Positions 36,505 to 48,892 of a stretch of 64,000 nt of DNA are shown piece by piece. The translations under genes and the position numbers were made by a program. This stretch comes from Amoebophrya sp. A120. Lineage: Eukaryota > Protista > Dinoflagellata. The DNA lies in the NCBI GenBank assembly GCA_905178155.1, contig CAJINV010000002.1, forward strand, positions 11,076,634 through 11,140,633, in the 5' to 3' direction. The notes below the pieces were generated by a model. It did no database searches. It had not been told where the DNA came from and saw only the letters and a list, made by a program, of their open reading frames with translations. Numbering within the stretch: position 1 is the first letter of the stretch; every line of letters begins with the position of its first letter.

Positions 36505-39500
36505 ATGTCAGAGCAACTCTGTAGCCACGGCCAAGGGGAAGGGCAGATGACGGGCCAAACAGGCCTGATGGAATGTGAGATAAAGGACGATACAAGTCCC
36601 TTACTTGGCGACGAAGCACAGCCGGGGCAACGTGACATGGAATGCGACGGAATCAATAATGCACATGAAGATGAAAGCAATATTGATGATAAGGATATTA
36701 ATGCCCCCGTAGGTGGAGTTGCCCAAGATGCTGTTGCAAACGTGCCAAGCGGTGCGGCAACAGCTGTTGTAGTCGATGATTTTCATGATGAAGGTCAGGA
36801 GGGCGCCGCCGCCGCGTGCCACCAGGACCAGGACGAGCTCCCCGAACGCGCTCCGCGGTCGCATGCAGCGGCGTATTCTCCCACCGTAACTGCCGGATCG
36901 CGGAGAAAAATGGAATGTAGCCAGGCACCAGGTTCTAGTACTTTACTCGAAGCCGAAAGTGAGAAAGGGAATGAGAAAGGCACCCCCGGCGTCAGGGCGG
37001 TCCCCGAGGATGCAGATGCCGCACAGCGGCAACAACGGGAGAAAAAAAGAAACAGCAAATCTGCAGCATCAACTTCTGGCAAAGAAAAAGAGCTAGAGGC
37101 CTCCTGCTCGTTCGCACAGGGCTCCGAAGATGAACTGGGTGACGACCAACCAAGGAACGAAAAGGCGTGCGGCGCGTGCGCGGTGTTCTGGATAGTCTTG
37201 GCTGGGATGGCGGTGCTGGCTGGAATTGCTCTCGCTGTGTGTTTCTGTACCGGCCTTCTGTTATCATGGATGACAACTACTCTTCCTGATCGCACTACAC
37301 TAAACATTCTAAATCTAGAATACCCACCTTCGTTCGCGTTTGAGTTTGTATGTCAGCAGTTGTAACACGGAGGTGAATAGCTGCTACAACCGGCAGCACA
37401 ACCCTCAGCAGCGATGACAATGTATGAGTGCACGTGCATCATCAATCTCTCCTCCATACTGCGATCAATAAGGCTCAAGCCGAACGCAGACGATAATTAT
37501 TGCGCTCTTAGTGTATTTTATGGCTCTTTTGATATGTTGGCCGTAGTATGCATCAATATTTCTGGCCGCATTCTTGGCATCGCTTTGTATCCTTCGGCAA
37601 CTGGTGGAACACGCAAGCAGCTCTATAATCTTTAATGAATCAATACAAGGAGTAAAATACGAGCTTACAATGATCCTCTTCCTGTTTCTTGGCAAATACG
37701 AGTAAAGGTATTCTTGGAAGAACTAGTGCGATCGGGAGTAGATGCTTTCAAATACGATAGTCGAACACAGGCGAGGACCAGAGGCAACTTTTCAACGAAG
37801 GTGGCGACTCGTATTTGGGAGGCAAGTTTCCCGCCCTTGACCCCGAAGGCCAGAAGCGTCGCCCGCCGGTGGTTTCCAATGAAGAAGCGGTGCAGTGGCC
37901 TCTTGTGGTTATGTCACGTGACCGAAAACACGCTACTGCGTCGGAGTGGCGCCAGGGGTTTGGTCTGCAGCTGAATGTCGGCAGCAGTAGTACTGGAAGC
38001 TTGGCGAATGCTGCCCCTGCGCTAAAAAACCACACTTTTTTGCTCGATACCGGCGGGGGCGCCAACAGCTACTTCCTGCTAAAACCTACGGACGACCGAC
38101 CAGCCTTCGAGAGTGGGTCTCGCGAGCTTTTGCCCGTACCTGAAACCCACCATGCGCGTGTACACAGGAGCAGAGACGCGCAGATCCAGAACGACCCACA
38201 GGAACCAGCCGAGGGGCCGCTGGTGACCTGCAAGTACGGAGACGGCGAAGTGGAGGGACGGGCGCTGCGTGATACCGTCAGCATTTTGGACAAGCTCCGG
38301 CTTCCCCCGCCGGAGCATCCGGTTTGGACCCAAAACAAGCACCGGTACACTAATGTGGCGGCGCCGACTTCGCCCATCGCTGGATTGTCGCCAGCGCAGG
38401 ACGGCGGCCATGATGCCGGTACTGCGGGAGGCGATTTTGTGATTCGGCTCGGTAGGCAGTACGATCGCAGGCACTTCGCAGACCAGCCCGGCAAGTTACC
38501 GCTGATGTACACGCAGAAGTGGAAAACCCCGGGAAATCTGGGACTAGGGTTTGCCATGGACCGCGCACAGGCCGAGTGGTTCGACCGGCTGCCTAGCCTG
38601 CTCGACTACTTTTACCTTCACCACCTTGCTGTCACCTGGGAAGCACAGCAGGCCCAGAAGTCGAAGGAGCGCGCGATAGTGTTTTCGCTGCAGTAGGCCG
38701 CACAAAAAACCACCGTCAACCCCTTCATCTCCGTGTCCATCCTCTGGGGGATGATTTTATGTAGTTTTTTACATATAATATATGTAACTGATAAAATAAA
38801 ATATAGTATGCATATTTTGCTGCAGCTGGTCGTCGTTGTTGTAATTTGTTGCTCAAAAAATTGATGCTCGAAAATTGCTAAAAATCCACTCCTTACGATT
38901 TTTCGCTTCTTTCGGGCGGCACGTTCTCACGACAGATTGAGGGGGGTGATGTTAATTTTACGTAGGATATGAAGCTTACGGACGTGAACGGGCGCTGGTT
39001 GCAGGAGGAAAATCTTAACGAAGATCGGGATGACACAGCGGCCAGTGACGAGAACAACCAAAACCGGGAGCAGCGAGGTGGAGAGGAGCTGGCACAAGAA
39101 ATTGTGCATGAGCAAGAAGAACAGGGAGATGGAGTTATGACGGGTCTCGACCACAACTCCGGTTCTTCATCCGTCGTCGACGGAGATGGACACCTGCCGC
39201 CTGAAGGCACGCAGAGAATCTCAAAAAATCGTGCCGCAGTGCAGCACCTTCCCCCGGCACAACAGCAACGGGAACAACAGCACGCACAACAAGAGGAAGA
39301 ACGGTTGCGGCTGGTGCTGGGTGCATCGCCTGCATTCGAGACGTTGCGGCGCGTGCCGCTCCTGCAGGAGGTGCAAGTCAACGCGGTCGGGAGGCTGCCG
39401 CTCCGAACGGTTGTGCTCGAGGCGCTTGAGCAAATCGAAGCGGTGCAGAAAGTGGTGAAGTACGTCGTACTCATGGACGAGTATGACAGAGGACTGCAGT

Positions 39501-41615
39501 GGGTGGAGTCTCGAAACGACCGCGCACCCGGCAGTGCCGCGCCGGCGTGGCTCGCAGATCTTCTGCGCGTGCAGTTGAAGGACCGACTCACGCCCGCGGT
39601 TCGCAGTCTGGTGTCCCGTTTTGAGCGTCTGGGAGACTCCGCTGCGGATATCTACAACGAAACCTTCATCCCGACCAACGCGAGGCTGCAGCAGCGCACT
39701 CTGCTAGAGAGGCAGGAGCAGCTGCGGGAGGTGTTGCGAATGGTGGTCGAAGTTTTGGCGCGCCACGACGAAGACGACCCCTTGACGCCGAGCGTATCCC
39801 GCGACTCGCCCTCAGGCGCGAGCGCTGCGCTCGCTGACAAACTCCGCATCCGCCCGATCGCCCCGTTACCAGACAACTGGCCGACGACGAACGCGGACAT
39901 GCCGTGGAGACGACTGCCGGGAGTGTATCCGATGCGCTACCACCAGCCGCACCCGCCGCCCGTCTTTCCGCACCTCGGGTTTCCCGCGGCGCGCGTGCAA
40001 AACGCCGTGGACCTGGATTCGCATCACTGGACGCTGCCGGCGCTCCGCATCAAGATTGGCGATCACATCTTTGACCCGAACGACCTCGAGGCTGCGTACG
40101 CTGCTGAAATGCGCCCGGCGTTTCTGAACCCCGTGCTGCAATGGAGCGGCGGAGAAGAGTTTTTTCATCGGACGCGAAATCCGAGCGGAGGACAGCCAGA
40201 CCATCCGGGCAGCACAAATGTCGAGGAGCCGCCGAAGGAAAGCATGACGGCCTGGTACTCAACCAAGGACAAAGTCATTCAGAACCTTCGCGAGGCGGAT
40301 GGAGGGGGGCGGGCTGCAAAAAAGGCTTACAAGTGCGTGCTTGACACGGGTTGGACGATGCTGTCGCTCGCGCCACCGCTTTTCCGGGCCTTTGAGGACC
40401 ATTTCACGTCGGACGTTATCGCAAGCGGCCGCGCCAACAAAAACCAGGCCAAGGCCCTCTTGCAACAAGAAAACGCTACAGTGCAGCAGGTGGATCAGCT
40501 GCGTCGGCCTCCTACAACCAACTTGACCCCGAAAGTGGATGGTGGGGAAGTAGTAGAGGTTGTACCCCACGACCAGAGTGAAGATGGTCCTGCAGGAGCA
40601 GAAGAACCTGCTTCGTCTACTGTGGTTTACTCGGTCTATCGGGAGTTGATGAAGAACAGTTTAGTTCCCCAGCAGGGCAGCAAAGATCCCGCTGCGGAAA
40701 GTATGTTGAATGGAACAGTGCCAGTGCCGCAAGAGCGAGCACACCATGTTAATGTAGAACTACGTGGCCGCACTCGCACTCGCACTCCACCTCAAATGTT
40801 TTTGCAACAAGCTGGCACCCGCGGAGAAAATAACAACATAAAACCGGAGCGAAAGCCATGCAGCGAGGGCCCTGAAATCAGTATCGAGTTTCCCGTCGAG
40901 AGTGCTGCGCCGGTAGCTTCTCGGAGTGCAGGTGGCGCGGCAGCGGTCGGGGCAACGACCAGCAAGGCGCTCGAGACCTCGTGGTACACGTTGCGACCAC
41001 GGGATTACTGCTACTGTGAGGGCATCTATGATAGTGAGTAACTCCCTCTCTCTTTGATTCTTGTTGACATGCAAGGTGCTGCAGCAGCAAGTTTGAAGTG
41101 AAAGTGTTGTGTAGTGAAAGCGAGGAGTGCTGGAAATAATACAATGGCGAACCTGTCGTGGTCGTCCCTGTGCTACCATGTGGTAATATGCCGTTAGGCA
41201 AATGGGTATTTGCACACAAGGTTCGTGAGAAGTCCCGCTGTTGAACAGCACAGCACTGACTACTGATTTGTCCTCGTCATGCAGATGCTCGCATAAGTTG
41301 TACCGCACTAATGCCTTATATATACTATAGTTTCAGAAATAGTTTGCCGTGTTGGTGTTGCATGTCTTAATATACGGGGCAGGGGGAGTTTTCCACCGGT
41401 ATAGCATCAATGTGAGCACCGCAAGTGGGAAGGTCAAAGCTTTGCACCACTGTCTTGAGGAGTACAGTACGCCGGACCACCGTGGCGGCCAGGCTGCGAG
41501 GAATGCTAATCGGGGAAGCACCGCTATAATGCTAGGAATTCCCTTCCACCGCTCGTTCTATGTGGGTTACCAGTTTGCAGACAAAAAAGGAATCCTGCTA
41601 CCCAACATGCAGTGA
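36505..41615 (+). CDS. Pepsin-family (A1) aspartic protease with N-terminal membrane anchor and long insertions, ~1317 aa; exons 36505-37261, 37765-38693, 38966-41026, 41409-41615
   Basis: Two catalytic motifs FLLDTGG and CVLDTGWT, flap CKYGDGEVEG..DTV, GNLGLGF, TLRPRDY and MLGIPFHRSFYVGY; TM segment VFWIVLAGMAVLAGIALAVCF. Confidence 0.85.
37262..37759. mobile_element. Old introner in the aspartic protease gene
   Basis: TATCATGGATGA/TCAAATACGATA ends; element+5 nt = 503 joins frames; TSD decayed. Confidence 0.55.
38694..38960. mobile_element. Old introner-type intron (TA...TA + CGTAG)
   Basis: Flanks TGCAG/CGTAG; removing 38694-38965 (272 nt) gives FSLQ|DMKLTD; TIR largely lost. Confidence 0.55.
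41027..41403. mobile_element. Introner, TSD GCATC
   Basis: GCATC at 41022-41026 and 41404-41408; imperfect IR (GTGAGTAACTCCC/GGGAGTTTTCCAC); removing 382 nt gives CYCEGINVST. Confidence 0.8.
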
Positions 41616-43103
41616 CAGATCAGCCGCAGCAGGTCAGGGACATGCGCCCTAAAGAGGATGAGAGACTGCTGCTCGCCGGTTTCTAGCAGATAAACTCGGG
41701 CACGAGACAAGGATCTACCTTCAGGCATCTTCAAAAAAGCAAAGCGACCTTGTTGTAGGATGGACTGCTAATCAGGCTGTTCCTGTTCGAGCGTCATAAG
41801 AAAACAAATTCAGCACGCTTATTCATGCAGTTGGAGGTGCAGCTAAGTAGCATAAGCAAGAAGCCATTGCTCCTTGTTTGTTATCGTATCTTCAGATTCC
41901 TTGAGCAGCATTCATGGTGGAGAAGATGACAGACTCATTGAGCATCATGCTACATGTTGATCTTGATCTCCGTAAAACTGTAGTTTCTATTGTATGATTT
42001 AGATTTTTTCGTTCAATTTCAAGTCCTTTGGCTAGGCTACTTGGAATTCGTATTGCTTTTAGTATCACACAGACACGCTCATCACCTACAACAACGACGA
42101 AACGGTATCGTACTTTATTTCAACACGTATATTTTTATTTCCAATGGCGTTTTTCTTTTTGACGTCGATTTTCACTAATTCATTTCCATAGAAGAGGAGA
42201 TTATTGTCCGGGCACACATGAAGGTGAATCGAAATGAAGAAGAAACAGTTTGTAAAGAGTAATCATTGTCTTTGTCATGGACGTCTTTGTCCTTAGTGCC
42301 GTGGTTGCTGCTGGTGGAAGGTATAAAAATACGTATTTGCTCCATGCACAACTGCTGTGTGGAAATGCTTGGGCCTGACCTGATTTCCTTAAGATAGTCA
42401 TAGTTGCGCAGAGAGATTCGAACGCTCCGCTATTTGGACAATGCTGTTTTTACTTTATCCACACAGAATTTGAATTGTCCTATCGATCTTTTTTTCATGC
42501 AATTGTGATGGTGTATCTGTGTCTCATGGAGTTGTATGTTTATTGCAACTGCCATCCGTGTGTATAGCTGCTGCTACCGCACGAGAATCATTCGTTTTTT
42601 ATATGATCGAAAGTAATATACAAGATGAAAAAGGAACACGAACATAATCTAAATCTCACGACTAAGCGTAAGCGAAATGTGTGTCTCTCGCAGATGTCCG
42701 AACAGCCAAAGCATCTTAAAAGTAAAACATGGATTTGAAAAAATGATCTCGTTTTATTTTGCTTGCCACATCGTGATGGATGTTCATGTCGTGCGTGACA
42801 GGCGGCACCCTTGCAGATAGATCACTACGCGCGTGATGAAGTTGTAGACCGCAACGATAGAAGCTTGTGGCTCGCATCTCGCTCAACATCGGAGGATCGA
42901 CTACGTCTTCTTGTCTGTTTTGTATGGTACACAAATATGTTGAATGATGAGTGAAGAGTTGTAGCAGGGTGTTGCGATACCGGACTACACCGCTTCCGCT
43001 GGTTAACGTTGTGATCACCTCGTATTTGAGTTTATCTATTGAATGCTGTCATGTAATTTCCCATTTTCTCCATCTCATCATCATTTAGAACGATGCATCA
43101 GGT

Positions 43104-46100
43104 ATGTGTCCCTTTCCATCGAGCACCACAACCCGTTCTATCAGTGTCGCCAAAGCAGCTTCGTCTTTGTTGCAAACGCACAGCCAACGCCAGGTGATAC
43201 TGAATACCACCGCCGCATGGGTTCGCCGTTGGGTTATCGGGCAGAAGTTGTGTCCCTTTGCACGACCCTTGGTGGACCGGGGTGTGCTGCGCTTACGGCT
43301 GGTTCCTGACCTCCCGTCTTTGCTGCCAGTGTTCCACCAGGAGGTGCTGTTGCTGCTGGAGCGGAATAACGCTTGTAAAAAGAACACCATGTTGACGGAG
43401 GTCCCAGCACCAACCAGCATGGGGACGCGTTATGGATCTGAAGCATTGTGTTCTAGGTCTGCCTCTCAAGAAGAGAAGCGGAACGCGACTAGCCCACAAG
43501 TGCAAGACGAGGTGGATCGAGGTGAACAAGGTTCCTGCCCGGAGAGGGGGAAGCCGAAGCAGGCGGAGAAACGCACCATTGGCGAGGACACCACGACCAA
43601 AACGACTTTAGGACAGGACCAAAACGACCGAGCCTGTACAACTTCTAGCTGGACTACAGTTGTCACTCCTGAGCCTCCCGATGGTGCATACACTGCATCG
43701 GATGAAGAAGAGACGTGTAGTGCTGTAGCTCCACCACTTGGAGGCGGTACTTCCGCAGCTGTAACTTCCCCGCCGTTCCCATCGCTCAGTAAACGTGTTC
43801 AACATGATCCGGAGTCGACACTGCTTATCCTTCCGCCAGGCACCGAATTGGATGACTATTCGAAATTTACGGCAAAAAGTTGGGAGCTGTGCCACTACCT
43901 CGCAACCGAGCTCAAACGCCACGAAGATTTATCTTAGCCAAAAGCCCGACTGCTGCAGCGATTTATTTCGTTCTTTTTTATGACACTTGTATGGACGAGG
44001 ACACACGAAGCGATGTTTGCAAAAGTTTTCGCAGATGTAAAAAAGGAAGCAGCAGTAATTTTGGGGCTGAAAACTTTAAGGGTTACGGCGAAGTGCGATG
44101 TCTTTCGGGCTCTGTGTTATTCAGCTTTGTCTTCCAATGGGGCGCCCCAGTATCCCTATTTTCGAAAAGCAGCAAAAATAGACTTGGAGGAACTGGTAGC
44201 AAATAAGCTAAAAGCGATTCTGAATATTCCAAAAAAGGCCCCCTCCACAGTAGTTTTCGAGGCGTCCGGGCTTCTCAGGCCGCACTTGATGATATTGATC
44301 GAAAATGTGATGCTATTTTTTCGTGGAAAATCACAAAAGGAATGGGAAATAGAGGGAGACACTCTTGACAGCAGACATGAAAAATACGGGAAGATGAACA
44401 GCATGACAAATCCCGTAGCCTTTGACCCGATCAAAGAAAAGCGGTCTACCATCATGCGAACAATTTCGAGCGACCGCATGCATGATATTCATGAAGCAGT
44501 ATGCAAATATCCGATGAAGATTACGAAACGCCCATGGAATGGCGTTCGTTTGTATTGCGAGACAATGGACGACATCGGAAAAAAGTATGGCTATGACAGC
44601 CTCAGTCTTTTGAAAAACGAACAAGAAAAGACAAGAGCAAGGCTCATGATTGCAAAAGACCATGAGAAAGAGACTCGGGAGACCTTAAAAAGTCAGAGTG
44701 GGCTCATAATTTGCACAGACGGGTCGGCGAACAAGGAGGGGCAGCTAGGAGGGGGAGGCGGTGCGACGTGGTGGTGGAGTCAAGAGGTACAGCTAAACAC
44801 GCCAATCAGAACGGTCAATCCTATGCGTTGTAGTACGTGTGCAATAAAGACACCACTTAGAGATATGAAAGTTGATTCTTTTGACACAGAGCGCTACGCT
44901 CTCAATACGCAGCTGAACCGCACAGCAAAAAAAGTTGTTGAGTTTGAAGTAAGCGAATTTATAGAAAAAGTTGAGATCTACCTGGACCCGAATTCTGTGC
45001 TCGAAGGCCTGCAGAATTTCAATGAGAAATCGAATGTCGTGCTTTTCTTCATCGTGCAACAGATGGAGCTCCTCAGAAATGTGCTCATGCAAAGAAAGTG
45101 CAAATACGGCTTGCCACCAGAAAGACCGTCCATCAATCCAGAAAGAGAAGTAATCTTTCGCGCAAAATGGACGCCGGGCCATGCTGATATGTATTTTAAT
45201 GACACTGCAGATTATTTAGCCGGTGCAGCGCTGCGCCGCTACCAAACAGCGGTGGAACAGGGCCTGGATATGATAGTTTATATGAAAGAAATAACGCCTA
45301 CGATCTTGCGTCGCCTGATCACAAATCGGGTGAAATACTGGAAAGGGCCAAAGCAACAAAAAGCGACAGCCGCGCCGCATTTAGTAGAAAGGGGCAGGCA
45401 CGTCGGGCCCTTTCGCCCAAAAAACTCTGTCTTCCCCTCGCGCCTACTAGAAATGTACTACTTCTACTTATGGAGTGGGATAGTGCCACACAACGTAATG
45501 GGGGCAGGTGTAGGGGAGCACGGAAAAAATGAACAGGGGGAGCCTACGTACACACAGAAGTGCTTTTTCTGCAATACAAAAAACAAAACACATGCTACAC
45601 ATCTATTGCTATCGTGTCAGGTATTTAAGGCAGAGCGGAAGCATTTTTTCGAGTGCGAAGCAATAGAGGACACGCTAGAGAACGAGAGAAAGGTACTGGA
45701 CAAGCCTCGTCTTGTGTGCAAATTTCTGCTGGAGGCCAACAAACGCAAGCAGATCTTCAAGGATTTTGCGAAGGAGGAGATCGAAAAGAACGTGGAGAAG
45801 GTGGCAGAGTTGATGACGCCGCCGGAAAAAATCAAGCTCCACATGCCGAATGCCTTCGAACAGACGGGGGTTATTTGTAGCGTGATTCGTAATGAGATCT
45901 AAACTTCAATACTAATACTTTTGTGAACTTATTTCTCAATGTAAATACTAATTAGCAAAAAGCACACTAGTCGAGCTTTCTTTTTGTGTATGAATGAGTA
46001 AAAGAGTGCGCGCAAGAGTTACAAAAACAATTTTGATGAGCTTCATTTGTCTATCTCAGAAAGCAGAAAGGGAAAGCAAAAATAACGCGAAGCAGTCTGA

Positions 46101-47966
46101 AACCTGAGAAACTTGTGCATGATTTTAGAAATTCAAAAAAACAGTTAAAAAAAAAAGCAAACAGGAAGAGGCAATAGTATTTTCGCGGCGTAGATAGTTA
46201 TGGTCTTGCGCCAGCCTGTCGGTGGATTTGTAAGTGTCGCTCGGGAAGAGGAGGACAGGAACGCTGGGTGAAGAAGTGGTAGAGGCGGACTACTAACTTC
46301 AACTGGATGAGCCGAGCATCTGGTGCATGGGCACGGACATGCGTCATCTAGCTACCTTGGCTTCTTCTTACCAGGCTTGATGCTGAACAATGGTGCGCGG
46401 GGAGGGCCGGACAGTAACACTACGCTGCTGAAGTATGCCTTTTTTCTGTTTGACGTCTATGAGAACAAAGGGAATTTTTCAACAGAACGCGACGACAAAG
46501 AACTTCAAGTGAACTTCATTTTTACGCTCGTGCAGACCAGACAAGAAGATAAAAGATGTATGATGAAAAATTTTGATGATCGCAAGCCGATTACAGGTCG
46601 GTATATGTAAAGCAGTACCACACTGCGATGCAGTTTCGCGTTCAAAAACCAAACGCAAATAAGTTTCTGAAAAAATGCGACACAGCACGAGTAGAAAGGG
46701 ACAGAGAGATATGAATTACATCAAAATAAAAGCAAAAAGATAAAGCAGGAGCGAGGAAAAATGGCGGCGAAAAGGGACGTGGTAGGGTATGAGAATTAGA
46801 TAGTATCTTCGTGTCTTGATTTATATGGTAGAGCCTTTCTCTTCCTCCCGGTGAAGATAGCTAAATGATTGCGTTGCGTCTAGCTTATTTTTGTGCCTTG
46901 CTCTTTCCCTTTTCGGCTAGTCAGCTTGGACCTCAGAGCACTGGAGAGAAAAAGGTACAGAGGCATAGCCGCAACGACAAGCAGAGGCAGTGGGGATTCC
47001 ACCAAGGTACTTCATTTGCCTCTTGAGTGTTCGCTTTCCCTGCGCAGCAGGAAGGGGGGCACTCTGGCTATGTCGTCCCAAGCGTGGAAGGAGGACGTGA
47101 AAGCGGACTACGAGGAAGAGGAGCCTTGGCTTGCCAAAACTTCACCGGATAGGTCTCCCGGTGCTGTTGGACAAGTCTGGGAGCGCATGTTGGAATCGTT
47201 AAACTGCAGTGGAGGAGAAGCGGAACAGCATCTTGACTTTCTCAAATTCCAATAAACAGGAGCTGATCTACTACTCTTTTATTACAGTTTATAGTCGTTC
47301 TAGTATAAAAAAAAAAAAGTATATTAGATACTGCATGAAACTCAAACTACAAGTAGTGGGTGCGCAGTTACTATCAATTCTTTATATCGGGTCCTGATTC
47401 TTATCATAAACCTCAACAAGGTCCGCTTAACGCATGATGTCAATGCAATTGTTGCGAACACTCGAAGTGGCTTGATTTGTAGCAACAGGGTCGTTCGGTT
47501 AGGATAGCAGCTCCAAGTGGTCTTGTTCCATCCGAATGCGGTGCACGATCGCTACCGACAGGAGGCGGAGATGGAGATACCGACAGACTCGCATGCCGAT
47601 GATGAGCACATAAGTGCTCAAGTTGCAGATGAGGATGCAGCGCGTCCCGTGTCTGCTTCAAGTTCTCCAGTATCAGGTTATGAACACCAGCTGCAATCCT
47701 GCAATGTTCAAGGTGAGTATGGATCCCCAAGGGAGAGAGAGAGCGCCAACATCAAGATGTTCACGACGTTGAAAGAGGACGCTAAAGACTGGACCATCAA
47801 GGCACCGTATCCGATTTACCACCTTCTGCGCGAGCAGGACGTGTTCCAGGCGGTGGCCCAAAGCGGCTACCCCCAGCCGGAACGCATTCCCGAGCGCAAT
47901 GCGGCCCGGCTTCGCGCGAAGGGCGTGGCCAAGTTGAAACGCGAATGGGATGAAATCTACATGTAG
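43104..47966 (+). CDS. DUF1415 family protein; exons 43104-43929 and 47512-47966
   Basis: WVRRWVIGQKLCPFA, STLLILP, QVVLFHP, WTIKAPYPIYHLLRE and YPQPERIPERN match DUF1415 motifs; the 3582-nt intron is in frame. Confidence 0.85.
43930..47506. mobile_element. Giant introner (3577 bp) carrying LINE-derived sequence
   Basis: Imperfect TIR TATCTTAGCCAAAAGCCCGACTGCTGCA / TGTAGCAACAGGGTCGTTCGGTTAGGATA; element+5 nt is a multiple of 3. Confidence 0.78.
43980..45902 (+). mobile_element. Non-LTR retrotransposon ORF2 C-terminal part (RT thumb, RNase H, CCHC zinc finger), 5'-truncated, 640 codons open
   Basis: RNase HI motifs ICTDGS, FDTERYAL, IYLDPNSVL and WTPGHADMYFNDTADYLA; CFFC..HATHLLLSC finger; KAILNIPKKAPSTVVFEASGL resembles the LINE thumb region; no RT core present. 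Confidence 0.82.
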
Positions 47967-48892
47967 AAGTCTAGTCGCACGGGGAAGAAGGCAGCCGCAG
48001 CCGCAGGTCGTCCCTACGCAATCCACCGAGACGGGCAAGATGTTGTACTATTGATTCTCACTTCAAGAGCGAGTGGCAGAGTAAGGCAGCTATCATGGAC
48101 AAGTCGAAGTCAAGTAGAAAATCACGCAATATCACTGATATCTATTTCGTCCCCTTCCTGATTCGCAGGCGCAACAACATCAATCGGACACCGACAAAGC
48201 CGACCGGCCTGAAAACCGCAGCGCCAACTGTCCTACCAAAGATCCAAAGGCACGATGACACTGACGTTTCAGGCCTATTGCTGTTCGTCGAAGTAAACGG
48301 AGTAGAAGATAAAGATATATGAAAATGATGCTCGTCGTTCTGATCTTCTAGTATTGTAGTTTGTGTTTCATTTTTATTCTGTGCGTCGAACGCTGCTGGC
48401 GTCACCCTCGGGCCTTTTTTGGGTTCGCGCGGAGCTCTGACTCTGAGCATACATACTAAAGGTATCCACTTGATGCTTTATGTGTTGCTAGATCCTGCTC
48501 GTTTATTGTTGCGGTGAGGTGCACAGCGTGCTCCTTCTTGCTCGACGTGAGCTTGGCTGCGCAACTTTGTTTTGCTTCGGTACTTCTTTACAAGCATGAT
48601 TGAGTTCATGATGCCATGTGTCCTCGCGCCGGCGGCGGTGGCCCTTGTTGTCCCTGGTTTGACTAAACCTAAAGGGATAAAATTCCTTTTGAAAGTAACT
48701 CACCTTTGAATTCTTAGTATTGACAGCGCACTGCACAGCGCGAAAGAAGGTAGGAAGAGCTTGTTGATGTTATGGCGTAGCGGGAACGGCGGCACGGCGA
48801 ACCAAGACCAACTACAAGGGACCTCATCTACTGTCGGTAAAAGATAGGCTGAAAAAACGACGAAAATATAAAAGTAAAACTAAAAGAGTAAG

